Below, piece by piece: positions 1 to 9,730 of a stretch of 64,000 nt of DNA. Source of the DNA: Patescibacteria group bacterium. GTDB lineage: Bacteria > Patescibacteriota > Minisyncoccia > CAIUEV01 > JAHKAQ01. The notes beneath the pieces are model-generated. The model searched no databases, had not been told where the DNA came from, and saw nothing but the letters and a program-made list of their open reading frames with translations. Both the position numbers and the translations under genes were made by a program. The DNA is taken from the NCBI GenBank assembly GCA_034716235.1, contig JAYEHH010000032.1, forward strand, positions 370 through 64,369. Reading direction: 5' to 3'. Every line of letters begins with the position of its first letter. Position 1 is the first letter of the stretch.

Positions 1-910
1 GTGTACTTGCCATCGCCTCCGGAATAGGTGCTCCATGAAACATACTGGCAAATCCTTCTTTAATGGCATCATAAGGTAATATGAACCAAGTAGCTCTACC
101 CACTACAGCGGCTACAGTAGTATAGATGATAGCTTTTAATCCATAAGGAATTAAATAAACTGAACCAATTAAAGCTCCAGCTGATCCAGCTACTAAATAT
201 CTGCGATATTCTGTTTTTTTCTCAAATACTCTAATGTCCCAAATATCAGCTTCTAGATCTTGATGAATTTTAGCTAGACTAATAGCTAAATCTTTTTTTA
301 CTTTAGCTAATTTCTTATTAGCTAATTGATAGATAGCTAATCTATTCTTACCTTCTTTAATAGCTTTTTGACTGGTTAGTTTTTGTTGAGCCCCTTCAAA
401 GAAGATAATCAATCCCCAACCTAATAAAGGAGCTTGAAACCAAAATGTAGCTGAAGCAGTAAAATTTAAAAGGACAGCTATAAAACCTAAAACTAAACCC
501 ATTACCATCTTTATATTAGGAGATATTTCTCTCCATTCTTGTAACTGAGCCCTGATCATTCCTTTAAGACCTTGATTCCTTAATTTCTTTTCTTTTTCTT
601 TTCTTAATTTTTCTATTTCATCAAAGATAGTTATTCTAGCTAATAGTTTAATATCATTTTGAATGATTCTTCTATTAGCTCTCTTAAAGTCATTAATCAT
701 TAACTTACGGTATCTATCTAGAGTACCGTAATAGTTTTGTTGAGCTTTAACTAAATATCCTAATCCTTTATCTTTCTTTATGGATTTAAGACCAGTTTTT
801 CTAAGGGTTCCTGTTAAACCAGACTCTGCTTTAAGTTGGGCATCTATGTATTCTGTTCTAGCTTTATTTAATTCTTTGATTCTAGAAGATATTAAAGCAT
901 CGCGTTTCAT
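1..910 (-). CDS. Hypothetical membrane protein, partial (runs off the window start). ATG at 910..908; my by-eye translation MKRDALISSRIKELNKART... stays open to position 1.
   Basis: Minus-strand frame I translated manually. Hydrophobic segment (VMGLVLGFIAVLLNF...GWGLIIFFEG). Absent from the ORF track because it is truncated at the window edge. Confidence 0.45.
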   Translation of the reverse strand, partial: MKRDALISSRIKELNKARTEYIDAQLKAESGLTGTLRKTGLKSIKKDKGLGYLVKAQQNYYGTLDRYRKLMINDFKRANRRIIQNDIKLLARITIFDEIEKLRKEKEKKLRNQGLKGMIRAQLQEWREISPNIKMVMGLVLGFIAVLLNFTASATFWFQAPLLGWGLIIFFEGAQQKLTSQKAIKEGKNRLAIYQLANKKLAKVKKDLAISLAKIHQDLEADIWDIRVFEKKTEYRRYLVAGSAGALIGSVYLIPYGLKAIIYTTVAAVVGRATWFILPYDAIKEGFASMFHGAPIPEAMAST

Positions 911-1062
911 TTTTTTAGTTTTAGTTTTTAGTTATTATTACGTAATAAATTACGTAATAGATTTAATATATTTAAAACATTGATTGTTTGAATTGTAACA
1001 GAGAAATTAGAAAGTTAAAAGTTTTTAAAGTTTTTAAAGCAACAAGGGTTTCTTTTTTTAAT

Positions 1063-1355
1063 GGTCATTCCCGTCCTGCTTGTCACCCCCGCCCCGTATC
1101 AAGTACGGGATAAACTCCAGCGGGAATCCCGAGCAAATTTAGAAGAAACTATTTTGGCAAAGTTTTGTCTAGACGTACCGGGATTCCCGTTTTCCTGCCT
1201 ACCGGCAGGCAGGCACGGGAATGACAGGGAAAAAGGCTGGCTGGCTTGTCTCGCCGAAGGCGGATCACCCTTTGGGTGAGATAATTAGCAATGGACAATT
1301 GATAATGGACAGTGGACAATTGATAATGCCAGCCAGAGGCTGGTCACCCTTTGGG
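1063..1355. repeat. Composite dispersed repeat copy R1: ATTCCCG...CGGGAAT palindromic modules, a GGCTGGCTGG/CCAGCCAG module and ataattgacaatgg word repeats.
   Basis: Nucleotide-level matches to 41614-41843 (partly inverted), 46229-46515, 38531-38598, 27404-27430 and 56143-56350. Preceded by the tandem word gtttttaaag x2 (1021-1040). Confidence 0.75.
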
Positions 1356-1368
1356 TGAAAAATTTCAA

Positions 1369-1932
1369 TTATAATTCCCGCATCATTTTTTTAATTTCTC
1401 GATAATCCGGGATTTCTTGAGCCACTAATTTCCAGAATTTTGGAGAATGATTCAGCTCTTTTAAATGACAAAGTTCATGCACAACCAAATAATCTAAATA
1501 TTTTTGAGGTAAATAAACCACTCGCCAATTAAAATTTAAGTTTCCCATAGAAGAGCAACTCCCCCACCTGGAATGTTGATTCCTAATAGAAACTCGATGG
1601 TATTGAAAATGGTAAAATTTATTAAAATATTCTAGTTTTTTGAGGATTAATCTTCGAGCTCGGTTTTTGTTGTTTAAGTAATTGGTTCGGTTACCTTTTT
1701 GTAAAATTCCGGGAGGTTCCTCTTTGACTTGAGTAATTTTTCTTAGAACCCAATCAGCTTTATTTTTGATAAAATTCTCTAAATAACTTATACGAAACAG
1801 AAATGGTAGAGTAGCGATTAATTCGCCTTTTCTATTTATGGACAATCGCATATATTTTACACCTCGTTTGCGTTTTAAAAAATAAGGGATATTTGTTCCT
1901 TTAAGTTTTATCTGCCTTGCTACAATTTTCAT
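1369..1932 (-). CDS. YgjP-like metal-dependent hydrolase (DUF45 / WLM-type HExxH)
   Basis: C-terminal HELCHLKELNHSPKFW motif typical of DUF45; length 187 aa. Confidence 0.7.
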   Translation of the reverse strand: MKIVARQIKLKGTNIPYFLKRKRGVKYMRLSINRKGELIATLPFLFRISYLENFIKNKADWVLRKITQVKEEPPGILQKGNRTNYLNNKNRARRLILKKLEYFNKFYHFQYHRVSIRNQHSRWGSCSSMGNLNFNWRVVYLPQKYLDYLVVHELCHLKELNHSPKFWKLVAQEIPDYREIKKMMREL

Positions 1933-1989
1933 TTATGAAAACGAAACTATTTAAATTACCAGCTCCTTTTATTTTGATCATCCAAAAAT

Positions 1990-2853
1990 TTATTGATTGT
2001 GCGCCATTTGCTCAATTTTTTGCTTAACAGCTTTAATTATATAATCCGGGGTGGAAGCTCCAGCGCTAATTCCAATAATATCGTTTGGTTTGATTTGTTT
2101 ATTATTAATTTCTGCTGGACTATCAATAAAATAAGTTCGCTTATTAATTTTTTTGGCTATTTGATAAAGTCGGGTTGAATTGGCGCTACTAGGTGATCCA
2201 ATTATTATCATTAAATCTACTTCTTTGGCTAATCTAAAAGCTTCTTTTTGACGATGACGAGTAGCGGTGCAAATAGTATCCAATATTTCTACTTTTAGAT
2301 TAGATTTTTTTAGGCATTTTTTAATTTTTTCGTAATCTTCAATATTTTGAGTGGTTTGAGCAATTAACCCAAATTGTTTTTTATTATTAGTACCTGCCTG
2401 TTTTAAAAAGGAATCTAGCTGAGAAAATTTAGAAATAATAATCCCCTGATTATTTATGGCTGCATTAGTAGCTTGGACTTCAACATGATTCTCATCTCCA
2501 AAAATTAGAACTTGCTTGCCTTCTTGAGCAAGTAGTTTGGCTCTCTCAATAATCTTAGAAACTTTTGGACAGGTAGCATCTACTAAGTTTACTTTTTTAA
2601 AATTAGGCAGGGAAAATATTTTAGGATCACAACCATGAGCGGGAATAATTAAAGTACCCCGCTTTATTGTTTTAGGATCGGTAACTTTATTTATTCCCCA
2701 GGATTTTGTTTCTGCGATGACATGGCTATTGTGTACCAAATCTCCCAGAATTTGGATAGGTGGAGTATATTTTTTATGGTTGGACTTAATAAGGTTGTAA
2801 GCTCTCTTTACTCCTGAGCAAAATCCACCGGAGGTGGCTAAAATTATTTTCAT
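1990..2853 (-). CDS. ispH: 4-hydroxy-3-methylbut-2-enyl diphosphate reductase IspH/LytB
   Basis: MKIILATSGGFCSGVKRA N-terminus and conserved Cys (..HGCDPK.., DATCPKV); 287 aa; 4-nt overlap with the upstream polyprenyl synthase. Confidence 0.85.
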   Translation of the reverse strand: MKIILATSGGFCSGVKRAYNLIKSNHKKYTPPIQILGDLVHNSHVIAETKSWGINKVTDPKTIKRGTLIIPAHGCDPKIFSLPNFKKVNLVDATCPKVSKIIERAKLLAQEGKQVLIFGDENHVEVQATNAAINNQGIIISKFSQLDSFLKQAGTNNKKQFGLIAQTTQNIEDYEKIKKCLKKSNLKVEILDTICTATRHRQKEAFRLAKEVDLMIIIGSPSSANSTRLYQIAKKINKRTYFIDSPAEINNKQIKPNDIIGISAGASTPDYIIKAVKQKIEQMAHNQ

Positions 2854-3923
2854 TTCTTTCTATCTTTAGTCATGTAATCTGCACTTTCTAGAAAAAAATC
2901 ACGAGTTGTTTTTGAAAGTGTAGATTTCAAGATAATATCTTTAGCTTGTACGGATAAATTATTAGCCAATCCATTACAGTAAGTCAAGGCTCCACTGTCT
3001 TTAGCAATTTTCTTAAAGTCGTTCAGCTTTTTCTTGGTGAGTTCTTTGCTTTCTAGAATAGTTTCAATTTTCTTCTTATCTTTAGGTGAAGCATTTTCTA
3101 GAGTTTTTAAAATAATGACCGTTTTTTTGCCCTCTCTTAAATCGGAACCAGCGTCCTTACCTGTTGTTTTTGAATCACTAAAAATTCCTAGAATATCGTC
3201 TCTAATTTGAAAAGCAGTTCCTAATAACACGGCATATTTGCTTAAAACATTTCTTAATTCTGTCTTTCCGTTACCCAACAAAGCTCCCATAAGTAGTGGA
3301 TATTCAATGGTGTATTGGACCGTTTTGTATTTATATATTTTAATAACATCTTTAATGGTAAGGTTTTTTTTAGTGCTTCCTATTACATCCATAATTTCTC
3401 CAGCTTGAGTGTGATTAAACATTGATTGGAATAAGGAACAGGCCTTCATTGTTGGCCGAGCGTCAAATTTACTGCGGTGTAAAACTTTAACAGCAAAAGA
3501 ATAAGCAATGTTTCCGCAAAGAATAGCCAATGATCGTCCAAGCTCTTCTGATTTTTCAACTTTCATCTTCCAGAAAAATTTTTCGTATTCTTTATGAAGA
3601 GTTAATTTTCCTCTTCGCATTTCATCATTATCAATAATGTCATCATGGATGAGTAAGGCACTATGGATTAATTCCATACTCAAAGAGGCGTCCAATATTT
3701 TTTCAGTTCTTCTTTTTCCAGTGGCCAAATAACCATAATACATCAAAATAGAACGAATTCTCTTCCCACCACGTAAAGTAAAATCAGCCACCATTTCAGT
3801 CGCTTCTTTAAGGGTAGGATCTATTTTACTTGCTTCCCGAATTTCTTCCTTAAAGAATTTCCTTAGCCTTTTATTGATTTCCTTCTCCAACTCTTTCATT
3901 ATTTTTTTAAGTTCCGTGCCCAT
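2850..3923 (-). CDS. Polyprenyl diphosphate synthase (IspA/GGPPS family trans-prenyltransferase)
   Basis: First DDxxD motif LIHDDIIDNDEMRRGK and second motif FQIRDDILG. Confidence 0.85.
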   Translation of the reverse strand: MGTELKKIMKELEKEINKRLRKFFKEEIREASKIDPTLKEATEMVADFTLRGGKRIRSILMYYGYLATGKRRTEKILDASLSMELIHSALLIHDDIIDNDEMRRGKLTLHKEYEKFFWKMKVEKSEELGRSLAILCGNIAYSFAVKVLHRSKFDARPTMKACSLFQSMFNHTQAGEIMDVIGSTKKNLTIKDVIKIYKYKTVQYTIEYPLLMGALLGNGKTELRNVLSKYAVLLGTAFQIRDDILGIFSDSKTTGKDAGSDLREGKKTVIILKTLENASPKDKKKIETILESKELTKKKLNDFKKIAKDSGALTYCNGLANNLSVQAKDIILKSTLSKTTRDFFLESADYMTKDRKK

Positions 3924-4107
3924 ATTCGTAAAAGTTATTCTAACTCTATATTATAAAGAATAATTTGAAAAAGTCCACTAAAAAAGCATTAAATTTTTAA
4001 ATTTAGCTACTTGATATTAATTAAAATTTGCCTGAATTCTCTGAGATTGCTATCCTGATTTTAGAACAATGGGATAAAAAGAAGTTAGCAATTTTTAAAG
4101 CAAATTT

Positions 4108-5604
4108 ATGACAATAGAAAAAGTCATAGAGACAGTTAAGCTCAAGAATCAAAATATTGATGAGGATTTTGTGATGAGAGCTTATGAATTTGCTAAAAAA
4201 GCTCATCAGGGGCAAAAAAGAAAAACAGGAGAAGACTACATTCAACATCCTCTAGAAATAGCCTACACCTTGGCCAAACTTGGTTTGGGCTGTAAAACCT
4301 TGGCCAGTGCCCTTCTCCACGATGTACTAGAAGATACAGATTATACTTTAGAACAAATAAAAAAAGAATTTGGTTCAGAGGTGACTTTTATAGTGAAAGG
4401 TCTTACTAAATTAGATGGGATTAAACTTAGAGGTAAAGAAGACGAACATTATTTAGAGAATTTACGCCGAATGTTTTTGGCGATGGGAGCTGATATTAGG
4501 ACAATTATAGTTAAGCTGGTTGATCGTTATCATAATATGCTTACTCTGGACGCTTTATCACCAGATAAACAATATCAAATTGCTAAAGAAACTATGGAAA
4601 TTTATGCTCCTATTGCTAATAGATTAGGAATAGGGGAAATAAAGGGAGCTTTAGAAGATTTGGCTTTTCAATATATGGATCCCAAGAAATATAACGAGGT
4701 TGATAAAATGACCAAAGAAAAATATAAGGAAAGAATGATCCTCATTAATAAAATTATAAAAGAAATTAAAAAAATACTTGGGAAAGAGAAAATAAAGATA
4801 ATTGATATCCATGGACGAGCTAAACATTTATATCGACTTTACCAAAAGCTCAAAAAGCATAACATGGACATTGAAGAAGTTTATGATTTAGTAGCAATTC
4901 GTATTATTGTTCCCGAGATTAAGGATTGTTACGAAACTCTCGGAATAATTCACAAGCATTATCGACCATTAATCAAAAGAATTAAAGATTTTATTTCTTT
5001 ACCAAAACCCAACGGTTATCGATCTCTTCATACTACGGTCTTTACTCTTCAGGGAGATCTGATTGAGATTCAAATAAGGAATCAAGAGATGCATGAAGAA
5101 GCCGAATTTGGGATTGCTGCTCATTGGATTTATTCAGATGAAAAAGTTTTACATAGGTTCTTCCCTGGCCATAGAAAGAAAAGAACAAAAGATTTAAAGA
5201 AACTGAAAAAAGAATTGGCCTGGACCAAACAACTTCAATCATGGCAAGAAGAGGTGGGCTCTGACTCAGAGGAATTTTTTAAAAGTTTAAAAATTGATTT
5301 TCTAGAAAATAGGATTTTTGCTTTTACTCCAGATGGAGACGTTATAGATTTACCCGAAGGAGCAACCCCTATTGATTTCGCTTATGAAGTGCATACAGAG
5401 ATAGGTAACTCGGCCATTGGAGCAAAAGCTGACGATGAAGCGGTACCTTTAAATTACACTATTCAAAATGGTGAAGTAATTAAAATTATAACTCAAAAAG
5501 GAAAAATAACCCCCGATTCCGAATGGTTAGAATTTGTTAGAACTGGTCGTGCTAAAATGAAGATAAGAGAAGTTTTAAGAAAACAGAAACAAGCCGGTTT
5601 CTAA
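4108..5604 (+). CDS. RelA/SpoT-family (p)ppGpp synthetase/hydrolase, short form (HD + synthetase + TGS, no ACT)
   Basis: HD-domain motif (..ALLHDVLEDT..), synthetase region (YRSLHTTV), TGS-like segment near the C-terminus; only 498 aa. Confidence 0.8.
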   Translation: MTIEKVIETVKLKNQNIDEDFVMRAYEFAKKAHQGQKRKTGEDYIQHPLEIAYTLAKLGLGCKTLASALLHDVLEDTDYTLEQIKKEFGSEVTFIVKGLTKLDGIKLRGKEDEHYLENLRRMFLAMGADIRTIIVKLVDRYHNMLTLDALSPDKQYQIAKETMEIYAPIANRLGIGEIKGALEDLAFQYMDPKKYNEVDKMTKEKYKERMILINKIIKEIKKILGKEKIKIIDIHGRAKHLYRLYQKLKKHNMDIEEVYDLVAIRIIVPEIKDCYETLGIIHKHYRPLIKRIKDFISLPKPNGYRSLHTTVFTLQGDLIEIQIRNQEMHEEAEFGIAAHWIYSDEKVLHRFFPGHRKKRTKDLKKLKKELAWTKQLQSWQEEVGSDSEEFFKSLKIDFLENRIFAFTPDGDVIDLPEGATPIDFAYEVHTEIGNSAIGAKADDEAVPLNYTIQNGEVIKIITQKGKITPDSEWLEFVRTGRAKMKIREVLRKQKQAGF

Positions 5605-5606
5605 TT

Positions 5607-6536
5607 TTAGTCTTTGCTAACTAGCTGGATCAATCTATCCAAATCATTCTCATTATAATATTCTAAAATAACTTTACCTCCTTTTTTACTCGTCCTAATT
5701 TGTACTTTTAGACCCAAAGCGTCAGAAAGAATTTTTTCCCTCTGAGCCATCATTGGATTAGAACCGGTGCTTAATTTTCTTTGATGAGATTTCACGTTTA
5801 CCTTGCTGGTAATATTTTCAACGTCTCTCACCGTTAAATTGTCTCTCACCGTTTTTTTATATAAAGCCAATTGAGCTTCTGGGTCGTCTAGGGCTGAAAG
5901 AATTTTTGCATGCCCCTCCCCTATTTTATTATCAATCAGACCTTGCTGAATTTCTTCGGGAAGTCTCAAAAAACGTAATAAATTAGCGATGCTTGATCGA
6001 CTTCGTTTAATTTTTTGCGAAATGTCCTCTTGAGTTAATTGAAAATCTTTGATTAACCTTTGATACGCCTTCCCCTCCTCAATAGGATTAAGGTTTTCCC
6101 TTTGGATATTTTCTGTTAAAGCTAATTCTAGTTTTGATAATTCATCTACTTCTCTTATTATAGCCGGTATTTCTTTTAACCCGGCCAGCTTAGAAGCTTT
6201 AAATCTGCGTTCACCAGCGATTATTTCATAAATTCCAGCTTCTTTTTTGGCTACAACAATGGGCTGCAGAAGTCCATATTCCTTGATAGATTCCATTAAA
6301 GAATCTAGGGGTTCTTCTTTAAAGTTTTGTCGAGGCTGGTTAATATTGGGGATAATTTTTCTCAATTCAATCAAAATTACTCCATTCTTATTCTCTAGAG
6401 ACGCTGGAGAATCTATTCCATCGGTATTTACAACAGAAATTTCTGTTTCTCCTGTTTCCGATTTTTGGGCGAAATCCTGTTTAATTTTATCAGGGATTAA
6501 AGCGGAGAGCCCTCTACCTAAATTTTCTGATTCCAT
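5607..6536 (-). CDS. parB: Chromosome partitioning protein ParB/Spo0J
   Basis: ParB box GERRFKASKLAGL and IPAIIRE motif; located downstream of parA. Confidence 0.85.
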   Translation of the reverse strand: MESENLGRGLSALIPDKIKQDFAQKSETGETEISVVNTDGIDSPASLENKNGVILIELRKIIPNINQPRQNFKEEPLDSLMESIKEYGLLQPIVVAKKEAGIYEIIAGERRFKASKLAGLKEIPAIIREVDELSKLELALTENIQRENLNPIEEGKAYQRLIKDFQLTQEDISQKIKRSRSSIANLLRFLRLPEEIQQGLIDNKIGEGHAKILSALDDPEAQLALYKKTVRDNLTVRDVENITSKVNVKSHQRKLSTGSNPMMAQREKILSDALGLKVQIRTSKKGGKVILEYYNENDLDRLIQLVSKD

Positions 6537-6546
6537 ATTTTTATTT

Positions 6547-7326
6547 TTATATTGTAAAATTATTTTCTTCCATATCCATAATTTCCTTGGCTAAATTATT
6601 ATAAGCTTTAGCACCTTTAGAAAGTTTGGAAAAATTTAAAATAGTTTTTCCAAAGCTAGGTGCTTCAGAAAGCCTAACATTTCTAGGGACAACCGAGTTA
6701 AAAACTTTTCCGGGAAAATTATTTTGGACCTCCTTCACAACTTGACGAGCTAATTTATTCCTTTTGTCATACATGGTTAGTACCGCTCCCATTACTTTTA
6801 GATCAGACTTCAATCCTTTTTTGATAAGACTTATGGTCTCTAGTAACCTGCTTAATCCTTCTAAAGAATAATACTCGCATTGTACGGGGATTATTACTCC
6901 ATCAGAAGCCACCAAACCATTGATGGTAAGTAAATCAAGGCTAGGTGGACTATCAATTATGATATAATCATAATCATTGCGGACAGTCTTTAGTGCATCG
7001 TAAAGACGGTATTCTCGGTTAGAGACATTGGCTAGCTCTATTGAGGCTCCCGATAAATCCACCGAGGAAGGTATTACATCATAGCTGACCGATCCAGTGC
7101 CAATAATTGCCTTCATGGGCGAAAGGTTTCTTATAAGCACATCGTAAACCCCAGATTTTATCTGGTCATTACTAATTCCAACTCCACTGGTAGCATTGGC
7201 CTGTGGATCTAAATCTACTAATAACACTAACCTCCCTTTTTCGGCAAGGTATTGAGATAAATTGACAGCAGTAGTTGTTTTACCAACCCCACCCTTTTGG
7301 TTTACTAGAGAGATTATTTTACCCAT
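6547..7326 (-). CDS. parA: Chromosome partitioning ATPase ParA/Soj
   Basis: Deviant Walker A KGGVGKTTTAVNL; 259 aa. Confidence 0.9.
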   Translation of the reverse strand: MGKIISLVNQKGGVGKTTTAVNLSQYLAEKGRLVLLVDLDPQANATSGVGISNDQIKSGVYDVLIRNLSPMKAIIGTGSVSYDVIPSSVDLSGASIELANVSNREYRLYDALKTVRNDYDYIIIDSPPSLDLLTINGLVASDGVIIPVQCEYYSLEGLSRLLETISLIKKGLKSDLKVMGAVLTMYDKRNKLARQVVKEVQNNFPGKVFNSVVPRNVRLSEAPSFGKTILNFSKLSKGAKAYNNLAKEIMDMEENNFTI

Positions 7327-7439
7327 CTTATCTTTTGTATTTCAATGGCAATATTATCCGTAAAGTGAACTTATTTAAAGATAACATATTTTCATATAAC
7401 AAAAAAGCCTTGAAGATTAAATAAATTAACGGATTTAAT

Positions 7440-8837
7440 TTAAGGAATTAAAATATCTTGGTCCACTTCTCCTTCAAATAGAATTTTCTCTCCCTGAGTA
7501 TTTTTTAAAGTTACTTTAAGATGGGGTGATTTCATTCCAGCCTGTTTTTGAAAATATAATTGGTAGTCAGCTAGATTGACTGACGGAGATAGTTTGTAAG
7601 TAAATGAATAGCTTTTTTTACTGCCTAAGGGGACATAAGCCAGATTTCCGAAAGATATCTTGCCTTTTACTTCTTCAACCACCACATTGTCCTTGGTCAA
7701 CATTGATTCATCAATATAGCCCGTGTCAAAGCCATCGGTATGACTTATTTCAGCACCTTGAGGAGTATAAATTCTTAAATAGCTATGATAATTATCAGTC
7801 ATAAAATCTTTTTTTGTACAAGTGTTGGTATATTGTATTTCTAATTTTACTTGAGGATTAGCTACCTCAGTGGTATCTATATAATAATCTAAAAATCGTT
7901 CCAGACAACGATCGGTTTTTCTGGCTCCCAAGTTTGAATCAACCACCGCTAAATAATCAGTATCTTTAGTGGAAATAATTTCTCCTCCCCAATTATTATC
8001 TAAAACAAAATTTTCTAGCTGGGAATCAAAAAAGAAAAATTGGATGTCCTTTTTATCCAGTAAATCTTTTAATTCGGTTAACATTAAAGCTTGCTCCAAC
8101 TTATTCATCTCCATTAAACGGGCTAAGACTATTTCCATTAAATCTCCCATAATATCTTTTCTTTGATCTTTGGTGGCGCCTCTTTGGTTATATCCCATTT
8201 CAACCTCGTATTCTAGTTTCTCCAAGCAATTATCTTTAGTAAATTCTCCAGCTATCATTGGGAGTTTTACGGAGCCAGTTTTTCCAATAAGATATTCTAA
8301 AACATTGGTTGTGAAACCAATAACTCCATCAATTTTTTCAGTGGGAGTGCTACCTAATTTATAAAATTTAACGGTTTGAGTAGCACTGGTTGGAAAATTG
8401 AATGACCAATTAGAATCTCGTATGCCCCACCCAGAGGCATGTAAATATTTTTTAATAAAATAAGGAGGTTCAATATGTTCTTTTAGATCTCTGTCAAATA
8501 CCGCTGTGTCAAAGGTTTCTCTTTTAACAATCTTTCCTTTATCAATATCTACAACAGCGAAAGAACCAATAAATCCACCGGTGGGTCTTAATTCCATCGA
8601 ATTTTGGAAAAGAAATAAATATTTTTTTGGTGATTCATGCCCACTGAGTTTTTCTATAAAAGCTAGAAAAGTAAGTGGGTTGTCATTATTAAACGAAGGC
8701 TTTATTACCGAATTGGAGCTTCCTTTTGAAACTGGTTCCAAACTTTTTAAGTAATAAACAGTCATGAAAAGTAACACTAGGAATAAAAAAATACCTAACG
8801 AAAATTTTAACCACTTTTTCATTTTAAAATTCTCCAT
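7440..8837 (-). CDS. Hypothetical membrane-anchored exported protein
   Basis: N-terminal transmembrane segment (LKFSLGIFLFLVLLFMTVYYL) then a large soluble region; no recognised catalytic motif. Confidence 0.5.
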   Translation of the reverse strand: MENFKMKKWLKFSLGIFLFLVLLFMTVYYLKSLEPVSKGSSNSVIKPSFNNDNPLTFLAFIEKLSGHESPKKYLFLFQNSMELRPTGGFIGSFAVVDIDKGKIVKRETFDTAVFDRDLKEHIEPPYFIKKYLHASGWGIRDSNWSFNFPTSATQTVKFYKLGSTPTEKIDGVIGFTTNVLEYLIGKTGSVKLPMIAGEFTKDNCLEKLEYEVEMGYNQRGATKDQRKDIMGDLMEIVLARLMEMNKLEQALMLTELKDLLDKKDIQFFFFDSQLENFVLDNNWGGEIISTKDTDYLAVVDSNLGARKTDRCLERFLDYYIDTTEVANPQVKLEIQYTNTCTKKDFMTDNYHSYLRIYTPQGAEISHTDGFDTGYIDESMLTKDNVVVEEVKGKISFGNLAYVPLGSKKSYSFTYKLSPSVNLADYQLYFQKQAGMKSPHLKVTLKNTQGEKILFEGEVDQDILIP

Positions 8838-9654
8838 TTATTAAACGATTTAATCTTTCTTTTATTTTTTTATCACTTAAATTCTCATCCTTAGAATCTT
8901 TTTGCACAGGAGTATCTTTTTGAGGATAGGCAATGAATTCAACTTCAGTCTTTTTCTTTTTATTCTTAGCTATTTTTCTGCCCCATTTTAAATTAGGTTT
9001 TTTATGGATCCAAGGAATTGTTTTTTTCTTGAGGAATATTAGCCAAGTAGTGCCTGCTAACCCTCCCATGATTAAGCCTAAAATAGAAAAATAAATAAAA
9101 TCTGGATAGTTGGTGGTAGCTTTGGTGGGACCATTTAAGATTTTTATTTCTAATTCTTCAGCATTTATAAATTCAGGCAAGGTTTCCTTAAGATTTTGAG
9201 CGGTTTCTAATGAATATAAATAAACGAGGCTGGGATTACTAGCAGTAAGTTTAACAAAAATTAAATTGGTCGCAGTGCTGTTTTTAGTGACAATGGATTG
9301 CCCCCAACTCTTTCTGTCAATTTTCCATTTCTTTTTGTTTGAATTCTTAAATTCCTTAATAGCTGAAAATTCACCTTGGGCAGAGAGGTTATCCAAGTCA
9401 GCGTCAATTCTCTTCTCCACCTGTTCTATAAAGAAATCACTTAAAAGAAAATGTTTGGTAAAATTAAGAGCATAAACAATTTTTTCCTGATTTCGTCTTA
9501 CAGTAATATTGCTTGAATTTGGTTTTTTTTCTAAAATAACAGCCGAAAAACTGGATTGATATTTGGGAAAACCTATTAAGGCTATTATTAAAAATATTGC
9601 TCCACCCAGTAAGGAAAAGAAAATAATCAATTTAACTTTATTGAGTTGATTCAT
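8824..9654 (-). CDS. Hypothetical bitopic membrane protein with Wzz/PCP-like topology (transmembrane segments at both ends)
   Basis: Hydrophobic segments near both N- and C-termini with a central soluble loop; topology resembles polysaccharide chain-length determinants, but no diagnostic motif. Confidence 0.35.
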   Translation of the reverse strand: MNQLNKVKLIIFFSLLGGAIFLIIALIGFPKYQSSFSAVILEKKPNSSNITVRRNQEKIVYALNFTKHFLLSDFFIEQVEKRIDADLDNLSAQGEFSAIKEFKNSNKKKWKIDRKSWGQSIVTKNSTATNLIFVKLTASNPSLVYLYSLETAQNLKETLPEFINAEELEIKILNGPTKATTNYPDFIYFSILGLIMGGLAGTTWLIFLKKKTIPWIHKKPNLKWGRKIAKNKKKKTEVEFIAYPQKDTPVQKDSKDENLSDKKIKERLNRLINGEF

Positions 9655-9730
9655 ATTAGTTAGATGAAAGATTGCTAATTTTCCAGTTGTTTATTTAAAC
9701 ATAGCAATCACCAAAAGACAAGCCATGATT

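Noticed and set aside
780-983. 67-aa plus-strand ORF at 780..983
   Set aside because: Antisense to the partial membrane-protein gene (1..910) and extends into AT-rich intergenic sequence.
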